Assembly: GCA_038998335.1 (NCBI GenBank)
Contig: JAVZHQ010000001.1
Span: 416,001-480,000 of the forward strand
Direction of reading: 5' to 3'
Origin: Candidatus Aenigmatarchaeota archaeon
Lineage (GTDB): Archaea; Aenigmatarchaeota; Aenigmatarchaeia; CG10238-14; SCSR01
Length of the DNA stretch: 64,000 bases
This document shows positions 1-9,046 of this stretch, in pieces. The translations under genes and the position numbers were made by a program. The notes beneath the pieces are model-generated. The model had not been told where the DNA came from. It saw nothing but the letters and a program-made list of their open reading frames with translations, and searched no databases. The first letter of the stretch is position 1. Each line of letters opens with the position of its first letter.

Positions 1-30
1 CCTTGTGTTTACTCAAATCAAAATCTTTAC

Positions 31-267
31 TTGGAAACTCTAAACCTTTCTATTGATTTACCTCCTGTTATAGTTTACAAAAAAGTAAGAGAAATTCCGG
101 AAAAAGATAGAAAGGCCTTAGAAGTAGCTAGAAAACTCGCAGTCGATGGAGAGTTAAAGATTTATGATGTTTGTAGCTTAAGGGGGAAAATTTTAGCGAA
201 AATAAAAAGGGTAAAAGATTTTCCTGCAGTTTTTGTTGATGGTAAAAGGGTAGAGTTAGAGGAGTGA
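31..267 (+). CDS. Hypothetical protein (start uncertain, window edge)
   Basis: ORF with genome-typical composition, stop 4 nt before the next gene; no recognisable family. Confidence 0.5.
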   Translation: METLNLSIDLPPVIVYKKVREIPEKDRKALEVARKLAVDGELKIYDVCSLRGKILAKIKRVKDFPAVFVDGKRVELEE

Positions 268-271
268 TTCG

Positions 272-637
272 TTGAGAGAAGTTTTGTTAAAGTTTGGTGG
301 AAAAAGAATTAAAACAAAAATTAGAAAAAATTTTTTGGAAAAGACTATCGGGTTAATGTTTAAGAAAAAATTAAAGAAAAACGAAGGTATGCTATTTGTT
401 TTTGAAAAAGAATGCTTTCCTAGTTTTTGGACTTTTGGAATGCTTTTTCCAATAGATATAATTTGGTTTGATAAAGAAATGAAAGTTGTAGATTTGAGTG
501 AGAATCTTAAGCCTTTTAGGTTTTGGAAATTTTATACACCAAAAAAGGCTTCAAAGTTTGTTTTAGAGGTTAATTCTGGCTTTATTAAAGAAAATAGAAT
601 TAAAGTTGGAGATAAGTTTGTTTTAGAGCAAAAGTAA
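272..637 (+). CDS. DUF192 family protein
   Basis: GLMF..., GMLFVF, FWTFGMLFPIDIIW and VLEVNSG motifs. Confidence 0.9.
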   Translation: MREVLLKFGGKRIKTKIRKNFLEKTIGLMFKKKLKKNEGMLFVFEKECFPSFWTFGMLFPIDIIWFDKEMKVVDLSENLKPFRFWKFYTPKKASKFVLEVNSGFIKENRIKVGDKFVLEQK

Positions 638-991
638 GGATTTGATCTCTTTAATCGCTTTCTCCATTTTCACTATTACCATTCCTAAATTCACATCTTT
701 GTAAAGAAGGGAAGAAAAAACTAATTCGCTACCTATACTGAAACAAACATAATTACCATCACTTGATTTTACTATCGTATACTCTAACTCGCCTATTCCC
801 AATTCTTTTGTCGTAAATTGTGAACTTTTGATTATAGCAGCAGAAAGAGCAGCAACCATTTTAGAGTTAATTTCCATAGGTAAAGTGGAAGCAACAAGCA
901 AACCATCATACTTAGCTATAACAGAACCTTTTACTCCATCTATTTCTTTTAATTTCTTTAAAATTTTTTCGAGCTCGGCTTTTAGCTCCAT
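623..991 (-). CDS. Roadblock/LC7 (MglB-like) protein, copy 1
   Basis: GSVIAKYDGLLVAS...VAALSAAI...ELGIGELE pattern, 122 aa. Confidence 0.9.
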   Translation of the reverse strand: MELKAELEKILKKLKEIDGVKGSVIAKYDGLLVASTLPMEINSKMVAALSAAIIKSSQFTTKELGIGELEYTIVKSSDGNYVCFSIGSELVFSSLLYKDVNLGMVIVKMEKAIKEIKSLLLL

Positions 992-1314
992 CAGCCTTCC
1001 CTCGTTATTCTTTCTAAGGTTTTAAGGAAGTAAATAAAACCAAAAAGATAAATAACTGTAGCGATCCAGGAAATCCAAGGCTCTGTTATAAACAAAAACT
1101 GAATTAAATCTAGGCAAAGAAAAATTAAAAGAGAGTATAAAATGACTTTAAAAGCTTTTGGAGATTGTGAATGGGTAAACAGCATAAGCAAAGCAAAGTT
1201 TAAGTTTTTCTTGAAATTTTTAAGAAGGTTAAAAGAGTAATAAACAGAAACTACTAACTCTACAACTACAATGAAAGTAAAAATGAATAGAGGAATAACC
1301 ATAAAGCTAAGCAT
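991..1314 (-). CDS. Small 3-TM membrane protein (paralog of 6972..7298)
   Basis: Hydrophobic helices; shares LKN.KKN, H..x.KA.KV and GF.YF.KTL..IT motifs with 6972..7298. Confidence 0.75.
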   Translation of the reverse strand: MLSFMVIPLFIFTFIVVVELVVSVYYSFNLLKNFKKNLNFALLMLFTHSQSPKAFKVILYSLLIFLCLDLIQFLFITEPWISWIATVIYLFGFIYFLKTLERITREG

Positions 1315-1711
1315 ACTTTTTAAACCTCCTTAGCCATCTAAAAACTATAAAAGCCATTGTTATAGCATAAAGCGTTGCCGAAATCATAACAGTTGTTCCA
1401 CATATTAAAGAAATTAATAGAAGAAAAGGTTCTGTTGTTGTAAACTCGTAAAAATGACTTGGAAATGCAAATATACTACCTACAAAGAAGATGAGAGTTG
1501 AGTAAAACAACAATTTAATCTCGTAAAAAGTTTTTTGAGGTTCAAGAAGAAAAGAAACCATAGAAACTTCTTCTTTTTTTGTCAAGTATCTTAAAAGTCT
1601 TAAAGTTATAATGATGGCAAAGATTGAGAGACAAAGCCATATTATTCCAAAGAAAGCATTAACCATATTTTCAAACTCATCAGAAAGTAGAAAGGAAATC
1701 ATATCTTCCAT
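1307..1711 (-). CDS. Small multi-TM membrane protein (paralog of 6497..6979)
   Basis: KEEVSMVSFLL...KLLFY and RWLRRFKKYA match the paralog. Confidence 0.75.
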   Translation of the reverse strand: MEDMISFLLSDEFENMVNAFFGIIWLCLSIFAIIITLRLLRYLTKKEEVSMVSFLLEPQKTFYEIKLLFYSTLIFFVGSIFAFPSHFYEFTTTEPFLLLISLICGTTVMISATLYAITMAFIVFRWLRRFKKYA

Positions 1712-1767
1712 AAGTAAAATTTCTCTTTTTAAAAATATCTTTATCGCTTAAGAAATAGAAAATAAAA

Positions 1768-3201
1768 TTGATGGTAAAGCTAACTTTTTTTGGTGGAATA
1801 AACGAAATAGGAGGAAACAAAATTTTTTTGGAAGATAAGGATACTAAGCTATTTTTTGATTTTGGTTTTAGCTTTTCTTCTGCAAGAAAATATTTTGCAG
1901 AATTTTTAAGACCAAGAGTTTGCTCTGGTTTAGAAGATTACTTTGAGTTTGACTTATTACCAAGAGTGAAAGGAATTTATAGAGATGATTTGCTCACTCA
2001 ATCGGGAAGAGAAATTACTGAAAAGCTAGAAATTCAAGGAGTTTTTATTTCTCACGCTCATGCAGACCATTCTTGGGATATCGCTTTTTTACATAAGGAT
2101 ATGCCGATTTATTGTGGTGAAACTTGTAAGCTTTTTCTTCAAGCTATACAAGAAACTGGAAAGGGAAGTTTTGAAACAGATTTCTTCACTTACAGGCAAT
2201 GCTTTGTTTCAAGGGGAGAAAAACCAGAATTTGAAAGAAATTTTAGAACTTTCAGAACTGCAGATAAAATTAAAATTGACTCGGTAGAAATTTTACCAGT
2301 ACATGTAGACCATTCTATTCCAGGGGCTTATGGCTTTATAATTTTTTGCTCTGACTCAACTTTAGTTTATACAGGCGATTTAAGAATGCACGGCCCAAAA
2401 AAACAAATGACACTAGATTTTGTTGAAAAAGCAAGAGAAGCTAAACCTGATTTGCTCATAATTGAAGGGACTAGGATGGATAAGAGTAAAAGCTTAAGTG
2501 AAAAAGAAGTTAAGGAAAGAGTTAGCAAATTTATTTCTAAAACAAAAAAGCTTGTAGTAGCAAACTTTTCATGGAAAGATATAGACAGGCTAAATTCATT
2601 CTTTCAAGCTTGTAAAGAAAATGGAAGAAAGCTTGCGATAAACACAAGAATTGCTTACTTGCTCGAAGTATTAAAACAGGATAAAAGACTAGAAATACCA
2701 GATATAAAAGATGAAGATTTGTTAATTTACTTTCATAGAGCTAAATGGGGCCTAATAGATAAAAACGTTAGCGTAGAGGAAAAGAAAAAAGATTACTTAA
2801 AATGGGAAAAAGATTACTTGGATTATTCAAACGTTGTTTGCTATAAGGATGCGAGGGAAAGAGAGGAAAAAATTGTTTTGTTTTTGGATTACTTTGATTT
2901 AAAGGAATTGATAGACTTAAAACCAAGTTTGGGAAGCACTTACATATATTCAACTTCTGAACCTCATGACGAGGAACAAGAAATAGATTTTGAAAGAATG
3001 TTGAATTGGGTTAGGCATTTTAAGCTTGATTTTAAGCAAGCTCACGCTTCTGGACATGCTTCAAGAGAGGAAATAGTAAAAATAGCAAGAAGTATTAATG
3101 CTAAAAAAATAGTTCCCATTCACACACAAAACGCAAAAGAATTCAGAAAATTCTTTAAAAATGTTTTAATAGTGAAGAAAGGGAAAGAAATACTTATTTG
3201 A
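1768..3201 (+). CDS. Metallo-beta-lactamase/beta-CASP nuclease, RNase J-like
   Basis: GGINEIGGN, SHAHADH, VDHSIPGA, YTGDLR, HASGHAS and VPIH motifs. Confidence 0.85.
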   Translation: MMVKLTFFGGINEIGGNKIFLEDKDTKLFFDFGFSFSSARKYFAEFLRPRVCSGLEDYFEFDLLPRVKGIYRDDLLTQSGREITEKLEIQGVFISHAHADHSWDIAFLHKDMPIYCGETCKLFLQAIQETGKGSFETDFFTYRQCFVSRGEKPEFERNFRTFRTADKIKIDSVEILPVHVDHSIPGAYGFIIFCSDSTLVYTGDLRMHGPKKQMTLDFVEKAREAKPDLLIIEGTRMDKSKSLSEKEVKERVSKFISKTKKLVVANFSWKDIDRLNSFFQACKENGRKLAINTRIAYLLEVLKQDKRLEIPDIKDEDLLIYFHRAKWGLIDKNVSVEEKKKDYLKWEKDYLDYSNVVCYKDAREREEKIVLFLDYFDLKELIDLKPSLGSTYIYSTSEPHDEEQEIDFERMLNWVRHFKLDFKQAHASGHASREEIVKIARSINAKKIVPIHTQNAKEFRKFFKNVLIVKKGKEILI

Positions 3202-3272
3202 TTTAGCTTTTCCAATTTTTAAAGCCTATTTTTCTAAGTATAATTTAAAAATATTCGAGATTAATTTCAATC

Positions 3273-3893
3273 ATGCTCAAACTAATAATTTTTGATGGTG
3301 AAGGAGTTTTGTACACAGGAAAAAAGGCAATCAAAATTTTTGAAAGGGAATACAATAAGTTTTTGAAAAATTTTGGAGTAAAGTTTGAAAATCAACATAA
3401 AATTTGGATAAAGCTTTATCCTAAAATTTCCTCTGGAAAAGTTTCATTGAGAGAAGCTAACAAGATTGTCTACAAGAAACTTGGAATTCCGACTTCAAAA
3501 GTTGATGAATGGCTGAGAAAAGATAAAAAAATAAACTTAAAGTTTATCAAACTTTACAAAAATAGAAAAGAATTTCTAGAAAAAATTAAGTCAAAAGGAA
3601 TAAAAGTTGCAATTCTTTCAGATAGTGTTCATCCTCTAAAATGGAGGTTAGAGCTTTTCAAAAAGTTTGGTCTGAAAAAAGGAAAACATTATGATAAACT
3701 TTTTCTCTCTCGCTTAATTGGTTATGAAAAACCTCATCCAAAAGCTTACTTAAAAGTTTTAGAGTATTTTAAAGTTAAACCAGAGGAAGCAATCTTTGTT
3801 GGACATGATGAAGAAGAAATGAAAGGTGCAGAAAGAGTTGGGATAAAAGCAGTTTGTTGGGAAGAATTAAAGAAAATCTCAAAAAATATTTAA
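3273..3893 (+). CDS. HAD-superfamily hydrolase
   Basis: IIFDGEGVL motif I, ILSD, EKPHPKAY and FVGHD. Confidence 0.85.
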   Translation: MLKLIIFDGEGVLYTGKKAIKIFEREYNKFLKNFGVKFENQHKIWIKLYPKISSGKVSLREANKIVYKKLGIPTSKVDEWLRKDKKINLKFIKLYKNRKEFLEKIKSKGIKVAILSDSVHPLKWRLELFKKFGLKKGKHYDKLFLSRLIGYEKPHPKAYLKVLEYFKVKPEEAIFVGHDEEEMKGAERVGIKAVCWEELKKISKNI

Positions 3894-3910
3894 AAAACAG
3901 AATTAAAATT

Positions 3911-4234
3911 ATGAGAAAAATAGTTTTAATAGTTCCATTGATTATTGTAGTTGTTGGAATAGTAGGATACTATTACTACTTAAGTCTAAAGGAAACAGAA
4001 GCTGCAAAAGAAGCTTGTATTCAAGCTTGTATGGAAGCTAAAGCCCAAGAAATGAATTTAAACGATGGACCTTGCCTTTCTAACAAAATAATAGAGAATT
4101 GGGTTTGTGATGTAGCTCATAGCCCAAGAGAGCCTGTAGACGATATAAAAGAAAACCAATGCCCAGAATATGGAAAAACAGCCTTTCATTTTGTTGAAGT
4201 GGACCCCAACTGCAATTTCATAAGAGCAGTTTAA
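3911..4234 (+). CDS. Small membrane-anchored Cys-rich exported protein
   Basis: ATG at 3911 (MRKIVL) gives an N-terminal TM helix followed by six Cys (GPCLS, WVCDVAH, NQCPEY). Confidence 0.7.
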   Translation: MRKIVLIVPLIIVVVGIVGYYYYLSLKETEAAKEACIQACMEAKAQEMNLNDGPCLSNKIIENWVCDVAHSPREPVDDIKENQCPEYGKTAFHFVEVDPNCNFIRAV

Positions 4235-4236
4235 TT

Positions 4237-4782
4237 TTAAGAGGAACTTTTACCTGAAAGCTCTAAACTTTTTCTTACATAAATTTCTAGTTTTTCGTAT
4301 ACACTTTTTAAAGCATCTAAATCGTCTTCGCAATGCTCTATTATTTCTTTTTTTGCCTTCTCATTTCTCTTTAAAAACTGGAAATAAAGCTCTTGAACGT
4401 TTTTTCCTGTTATACTTAAGTTTTTCTTTATTCCAAAAAATCTAGAAACTTCATCTAACTTATAACTTGCAAGAGCTAAGTTTTCTTTTGCAAACTTACA
4501 CAAATCTAAAATTTTTGTTTCAAACAAGATTGATGCATCGATATTATACTTAATGGCTCTAGTTAAAAGAAAAGGGATATCAAACCCAGAATGCCAAATG
4601 AGTAAGGTTTCGTTCTTATTTTTTCTTATAATTTCTAAAGCCCTTTGTATGGTTTCTTTTTCCTTTTCTGGCTCTTCAGTAAAAATTATTTCTTTTTTTC
4701 CGTTTGGTAGAATAAAGCCAATTGCAATTATAATTCCTATATCTGCGTGAAGCGAGGAAGTTTCCAAGTCTAAAAACATCAT
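4237..4782 (-). CDS. YprB-like RNase H-fold (DEDD) exonuclease
   Basis: FLDLETS, GFDIPFL, YKLDEV and HCEDDL motifs. Confidence 0.85.
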   Translation of the reverse strand: MMFLDLETSSLHADIGIIIAIGFILPNGKKEIIFTEEPEKEKETIQRALEIIRKNKNETLLIWHSGFDIPFLLTRAIKYNIDASILFETKILDLCKFAKENLALASYKLDEVSRFFGIKKNLSITGKNVQELYFQFLKRNEKAKKEIIEHCEDDLDALKSVYEKLEIYVRKSLELSGKSSS

Positions 4783-4824
4783 ACTTTTTCATAAAAACTT
4801 AAACAACTTAAAGGTTTCTCTACC

Positions 4825-5181
4825 TTATTTCCGGTGAAAGTATAACAACTCTTTTGATAAAGAAGAAGAATAATCTACTTCAAAAAAGGCTTTCCTTCCT
4901 ACTCTTCTCTTTTTAAGATAACCCATAACCATAAGCTGATTCAAGTAAGCTGATTCTACTGCCCTTGCTCTTTTTGTTTGTTCAGCAACCTGAGAAGCGG
5001 TTGCCTTTTCAAGTTTATAAACAGCAATAAAAGTTTTAACCAAATGTTCTGGTAATTGAGAAGTCAATTTTATGTAGGGTAAATTTTCTAGTATTTCTAT
5101 TTTTTTACTTAAATCATTGACTAAGCTCTCTAAAGAATTAAGCCTTTCTTCCAATTTCTTTAGTTTTTCTTTTAAACTCAC
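4825..5181 (-). CDS. Coiled-coil + winged-helix DNA-binding protein
   Basis: N-terminal heptads, then ATASQVAEQTKRARAVESAYLNQL..MGYL wHTH. Confidence 0.75.
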   Translation of the reverse strand: MSLKEKLKKLEERLNSLESLVNDLSKKIEILENLPYIKLTSQLPEHLVKTFIAVYKLEKATASQVAEQTKRARAVESAYLNQLMVMGYLKKRRVGRKAFFEVDYSSSLSKELLYFHRK

Positions 5182-5250
5182 AAAATGAAATTAATCTCTA
5201 AGGAATAAATTCTTTTAAAGTTAAAATAGTTGGCGTGAGAATTTAATTAA

Positions 5251-5343
5251 ATGAAGTATTGTAACAAATGCAATAAAACTTATTCGGACAAAATAAAAGT
5301 TTGTCCAGAGTGTGGGAAAAAGCTAGTAAAAGTTAGTTATTAG
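5251..5343 (+). CDS. 30-aa zinc-ribbon microprotein (not in ORF track)
   Basis: Hand translation MKYCNKCNKTYSDKIKVCPECGKKLVKVSY*; CxxC...CPxCG. Confidence 0.65.
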   Translation: MKYCNKCNKTYSDKIKVCPECGKKLVKVSY

Positions 5344-5733
5344 TTACTTTATTTCCTTCAAAGTCTTTATTCCAAGAACTTCAAAGTACTCTGTTTCTTC
5401 TCCAGCTTTAATTTTCTCCTTAACTTCTTCAGGAATATCGAGCTCAAAAACAGAAAAATCTGTCAAATCCATAAGTTGAGCTTTTTCCCCAATTATAGCT
5501 AAAACTTGAGCTTTTTTTCTTTCAACTATCGGAACTTCTACAACTTCGTCTGCAGGTTTAACTATACTATGTCTTCTACCATCAAACAAACCTATAGCTT
5601 CAACTCTTGCTTTAGCAGCACCATGCTTTCCTGATTTGCTTACATCTACTCTTTCAACTCTGCAAGGCTCATTATCTATTAAAACAAAACCGTTTGGTTT
5701 TAAATCTTTTATAACAGCTGTTGTCTTGCTCAA
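5344..5733 (-). CDS. eif5a: Translation factor aIF-5A
   Basis: Hypusine-site motif SKSGKHGAAKAR. Confidence 0.97.
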   Translation of the reverse strand: MSKTTAVIKDLKPNGFVLIDNEPCRVERVDVSKSGKHGAAKARVEAIGLFDGRRHSIVKPADEVVEVPIVERKKAQVLAIIGEKAQLMDLTDFSVFELDIPEEVKEKIKAGEETEYFEVLGIKTLKEIK

Positions 5734-5737
5734 AATC

Positions 5738-5962
5738 TCACTTCCTTGTCACAAGGAGAATATCTTCTCTTTTAACAGTTACTCTTTTTGCATGATGTGC
5801 TACAGTTACCGCATCTATGGCAATTTTGTCTGCAACCTCTAAAAGATAATTCTTTAGCTCTTTCACAGCTTCCAAGGAAACTCTATCTGCTCCAACTTCC
5901 TTTCCTGCTTTTTTTGCTATCTTTTCTATTGCAAGCAACGGAAAATCTTTAACCATATTCAT
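5738..5962 (-). CDS. Archaeal histone
   Basis: Histone fold: PLLAIEKIAK, RVS..AV and HAKRVTVKREDI. Confidence 0.92.
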   Translation of the reverse strand: MNMVKDFPLLAIEKIAKKAGKEVGADRVSLEAVKELKNYLLEVADKIAIDAVTVAHHAKRVTVKREDILLVTRK

Positions 5963-6024
5963 TACCCTTTTTTAATTACCTTAAAATATATATTTTCTTT
6001 GGATTTTTAATTAATTAAGGTTTT

Positions 6025-6495
6025 ATGAGAGTTGTAATAGACACTTCTGGGTTAATTTATCTGAATTATTTCAGAACCTTTGAAGAAATTTTTACTGTTC
6101 CTGAAGTTATAGAAGAAGTAAAAGATAGGCTAACTAGCCTTAAAGTTTCTGGTTTAAACCTTAAGGTAGAAAACCCATCAAGAGAAAGTATAAAAGAAGT
6201 AAAAAAGATTGCTAAAGAAACCGGAGATTTAGAAAAATTATCAAAAACTGACCTTAAACTTCTCGCTTTAGCCAAAGAAAAAGAGCTTGTAATAGTTTCT
6301 GACGATAGAAATGTTCAGAACGTTGCTGAGAAAATCGGAATTAAGTATATTTCAATATTCAGCAAAAAGATTACCAAGTTAATAACATGGAAAAAATATT
6401 GTAAAAACTGTAAAAAATTTTTCCAAGGTAAAGTTTGCCCAATATGCGGAATGAAGCTAATAAAAATACCAAAGAAAACCAAATATATATATTAG
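6025..6495 (+). CDS. nob1: Nob1-like PIN endonuclease with zinc ribbon
   Basis: VIDTSGL, TGDLEKLSKTD, SDDRNVQN and CKNC...CPICG. Confidence 0.9.
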   Translation: MRVVIDTSGLIYLNYFRTFEEIFTVPEVIEEVKDRLTSLKVSGLNLKVENPSRESIKEVKKIAKETGDLEKLSKTDLKLLALAKEKELVIVSDDRNVQNVAEKIGIKYISIFSKKITKLITWKKYCKNCKKFFQGKVCPICGMKLIKIPKKTKYIY

Positions 6496-6496
6496 G

Positions 6497-6979
6497 ATGA
6501 AAGAAAGTACAAAGATGTTTTTAAAAATTTTTATAATTTCTTTAATCATTTTTCTGCCATTTGAATATTTCTACTATTATATTCAGGACAATTATGGAAT
6601 GGAGAAAAGTTATTATTTTTCTATCATTTCCCAAAACTTAACATTTTCCTTTTTTGGTTGTATAGGTTTCTTCGTATCTCTAAACTTATACAGGATTTTA
6701 AAGACAAAAGAAGAAATATCCATGGTTACTTTTCTCTTAAAGTCTAGCGAAATGACAGAAGAGTGTAAAGTTTTATTTTATATTTCTGTGATATGTGTGA
6801 TTTGTTGGTCGGTTTATACCTTATGCCTTCCTATAACACTTGGCATTATTCCACCTTTAGTAAGTAAAAGAATTAGTGAAATGATTGGTGACGGCTTCCT
6901 TTTTTCTTCCATTCTTTTTTCCTTAGCTGCAATTTTTATGTTTAATAGATGGCTTAAAAGAGTGAAGAAATATGTATGA
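6497..6979 (+). CDS. Multi-TM membrane protein (paralog of 1307..1711)
   Basis: KEEISMVTFLL...KVLFY and RWLKRVKKYV. Confidence 0.75.
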   Translation: MKESTKMFLKIFIISLIIFLPFEYFYYYIQDNYGMEKSYYFSIISQNLTFSFFGCIGFFVSLNLYRILKTKEEISMVTFLLKSSEMTEECKVLFYISVICVICWSVYTLCLPITLGIIPPLVSKRISEMIGDGFLFSSILFSLAAIFMFNRWLKRVKKYV

Positions 6980-7298
6980 GATAATCTTAATTGTTGTTCC
7001 CATACCGGTAGTAATTCTTTTTTCATTTCTCTCGTTTTACCTGAACAAATTCTTAAAAAACGTGAAGAAAAATGAAAAGCTTACCTGGACTTTAATCTTT
7101 GTTCATCCCTCTGCTTCTAAAGCACTTAAAGTATTAGTTATAACTTTATTATTTTTCAGCATAGTTTGGATTGTAAGAACCATCATAAATCTTTTTTTAA
7201 TTCTTCCTATACCGCTAGGTCCTATCGGTACCTATGTTCTTCTTTTAGGGTTTGTTTATTTCTTTAAAACCTTAGCTAAAATAACAGAGGGAAAATGA
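6972..7298 (+). CDS. 3-TM membrane protein (paralog of 991..1314)
   Basis: LKNVKKN...HPSASKALKV...GFVYFFKTLAKIT. Confidence 0.75.
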   Translation: MYEIILIVVPIPVVILFSFLSFYLNKFLKNVKKNEKLTWTLIFVHPSASKALKVLVITLLFFSIVWIVRTIINLFLILPIPLGPIGTYVLLLGFVYFFKTLAKITEGK

Positions 7299-7299
7299 A

Positions 7300-7647
7300 A
7301 TGGAAAAAGAAAGAGTTGAAGAAATAGTTGCGAAAATAAAGAAAAGAAAGAAAAATTTGAAATTTATTCTAGCAGGAACTGATGGCTTTTTACTTGCTTC
7401 AGGTTTTCCTTTGGAAATTAATAGCAGAATGTTAGCAGCACTTGCTGCTGCTGTATTCAAAAGTTCGGTTATAAATTCAAGGGAACTTAAAATTGGTAGC
7501 TTTTCTTATGCTTTAATCAAAGCTTCTGATGGTTTTTTCGTTTGTTTTGAAGTTTCTCCAAGTATAATTCTTGGTTGCATTCTTAGTAAAATGGGTTTGA
7601 ATAAGGCTTTAAGTGAAAGTACAAAACTTAGAAAAATATTTATTTAA
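7300..7647 (+). CDS. Roadblock/LC7 (MglB-like) protein, copy 2
   Basis: DGFLLASGFPLEINSRMLAALAAAV...ELKIG. Confidence 0.85.
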   Translation: MEKERVEEIVAKIKKRKKNLKFILAGTDGFLLASGFPLEINSRMLAALAAAVFKSSVINSRELKIGSFSYALIKASDGFFVCFEVSPSIILGCILSKMGLNKALSESTKLRKIFI

Positions 7648-7667
7648 AGAAAAATGAAAAATAATTA

Positions 7668-7970
7668 ATGATAGACTCAGCTTTTTTGCTTCTTTTACTT
7701 ACAGCAATATTCTGTGCTATCGATGATATTCTTATTTACTTTATGGTTAAAAGAATTGGCGGAACTATAGGAGCTGGTTTAAAAGTAGTTGGTTTTTCAC
7801 TTTTTGCTATTTTGGTTTATATGATAATAGACTTAGCAGTTATCTACTTTGGTTGGTTGAATGCTGTCTATTATCTTATAGCTCATTACATAATAGAAAT
7901 GATTGCGTACTTACCGATGATTGTAGGTCTATATTTAATATACAAGGCAATTAGGGGCGAGAAAAAATGA
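7668..7970 (+). CDS. Small 3-TM membrane protein
   Basis: Three hydrophobic helices; KRIGG loop. Confidence 0.7.
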   Translation: MIDSAFLLLLLTAIFCAIDDILIYFMVKRIGGTIGAGLKVVGFSLFAILVYMIIDLAVIYFGWLNAVYYLIAHYIIEMIAYLPMIVGLYLIYKAIRGEKK

Positions 7971-8362
7971 TGGAATTTATAATGGCTTTTATAATGGTTG
8001 AGAGTATAATCACGCCAATAATAACTTTAATCATTCTTTTCTTTGCTCTTTACATGGCAAAAAAGTTTGGTGGAATGTACAAGAAATTCTTTATTGTTTT
8101 TGCTATAGGCTGGATATTCCAAATCCTTCATTCTATAGATGAAACTCTTTTGGTTCAAGCAATGCCAAGCATGATGCCTCTTGAAGCTATGTTCCTAACT
8201 TTTCCAGAAATATTGGCAAGCATGCGTATACCATCGCCTCTCTTTGCAATTCTAGGTTTAAACTTTGATTTTATCCTAGTTAAAATGACTTTCATGGCGG
8301 TTTGTGCAGTAATAATAACCTATGCTTTAACTATTCATTACAAACTAACAAAAGAAAAATAA
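7967..8362 (+). CDS. Small multi-TM membrane protein
   Basis: Hydrophobic helices; KKFGG loop; ATGA overlap with the upstream gene. Confidence 0.7.
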   Translation: MMEFIMAFIMVESIITPIITLIILFFALYMAKKFGGMYKKFFIVFAIGWIFQILHSIDETLLVQAMPSMMPLEAMFLTFPEILASMRIPSPLFAILGLNFDFILVKMTFMAVCAVIITYALTIHYKLTKEK

Positions 8363-8647
8363 CTATTTTAAAACTTCTGGAAGTTTAACTTTCTTTTTTC
8401 CTACTATTGGTTTTATAGCCTTTTTTATTGGTTCATGACAAACGTTGCCAACAATACTTTCAAACTGCTTTAAAAGAATCCCAACAACAATTTCACCTTC
8501 TCCATAAAAAGTTTTTACTTTTCCTTTTTCGTCTAGGAGTAAGGGCGATCTCCTCGCGCAAATTAAAGCAATTTTTTCACCAAGAAGCTCAGTCATAACT
8601 TCTATCATTTTATTCAATATTTTAATATAAGTCTTCTTTTCTTTCAC
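8363..8647 (-). CDS. Small soluble hypothetical protein, last gene of the KaiC/GTPase/roadblock operon
   Basis: GGTGA ribosome-binding site before GTG; co-oriented with the roadblock gene. Confidence 0.7.
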   Translation of the reverse strand: MKEKKTYIKILNKMIEVMTELLGEKIALICARRSPLLLDEKGKVKTFYGEGEIVVGILLKQFESIVGNVCHEPIKKAIKPIVGKKKVKLPEVLK

Positions 8648-8668
8648 TGGGTTTTCACCAAAAAAGTT

Positions 8669-9031
8669 TTAAACGAGCTTCTCGATTTTCTTTGCTGCTT
8701 TTTCCATCTCAAGAAGAATAAGCCCAATATTTGCATTTTTTCTCAGCAAAGCTATAAGTATTGCTTCTTCTCCTGCACCTATTGCTACGTATTGCCCTTC
8801 AGAAGCGTTAACTATTACTTGTTGAAACTCACCTATTTCTAATTCTTTTGTTGAAGTTTCAGAAGTACCAACTATTGCAGCAGCCATAGCAGCAACTGCC
8901 CTTGCGTTTACTTCACTTGGTAAACCACTTGCAATTAATAAACCATCTCTCCTTACTATGGCTGAACCTATTATATCGCCGATCTTTTCTAGTTCTTTCA
9001 AAACATCCTCAAGTTCTTTCTTCTCAACCAT
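8669..9031 (-). CDS. Roadblock/LC7 (MglB-like) protein, copy 3
   Basis: GSAIVRRDGLLIASGLP...VAAMAAAIVGTSE; adjacent to the MglA-like GTPase. Confidence 0.92.
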   Translation of the reverse strand: MVEKKELEDVLKELEKIGDIIGSAIVRRDGLLIASGLPSEVNARAVAAMAAAIVGTSETSTKELEIGEFQQVIVNASEGQYVAIGAGEEAILIALLRKNANIGLILLEMEKAAKKIEKLV

Positions 9032-9046
9032 TCTCTCACTTAAATT

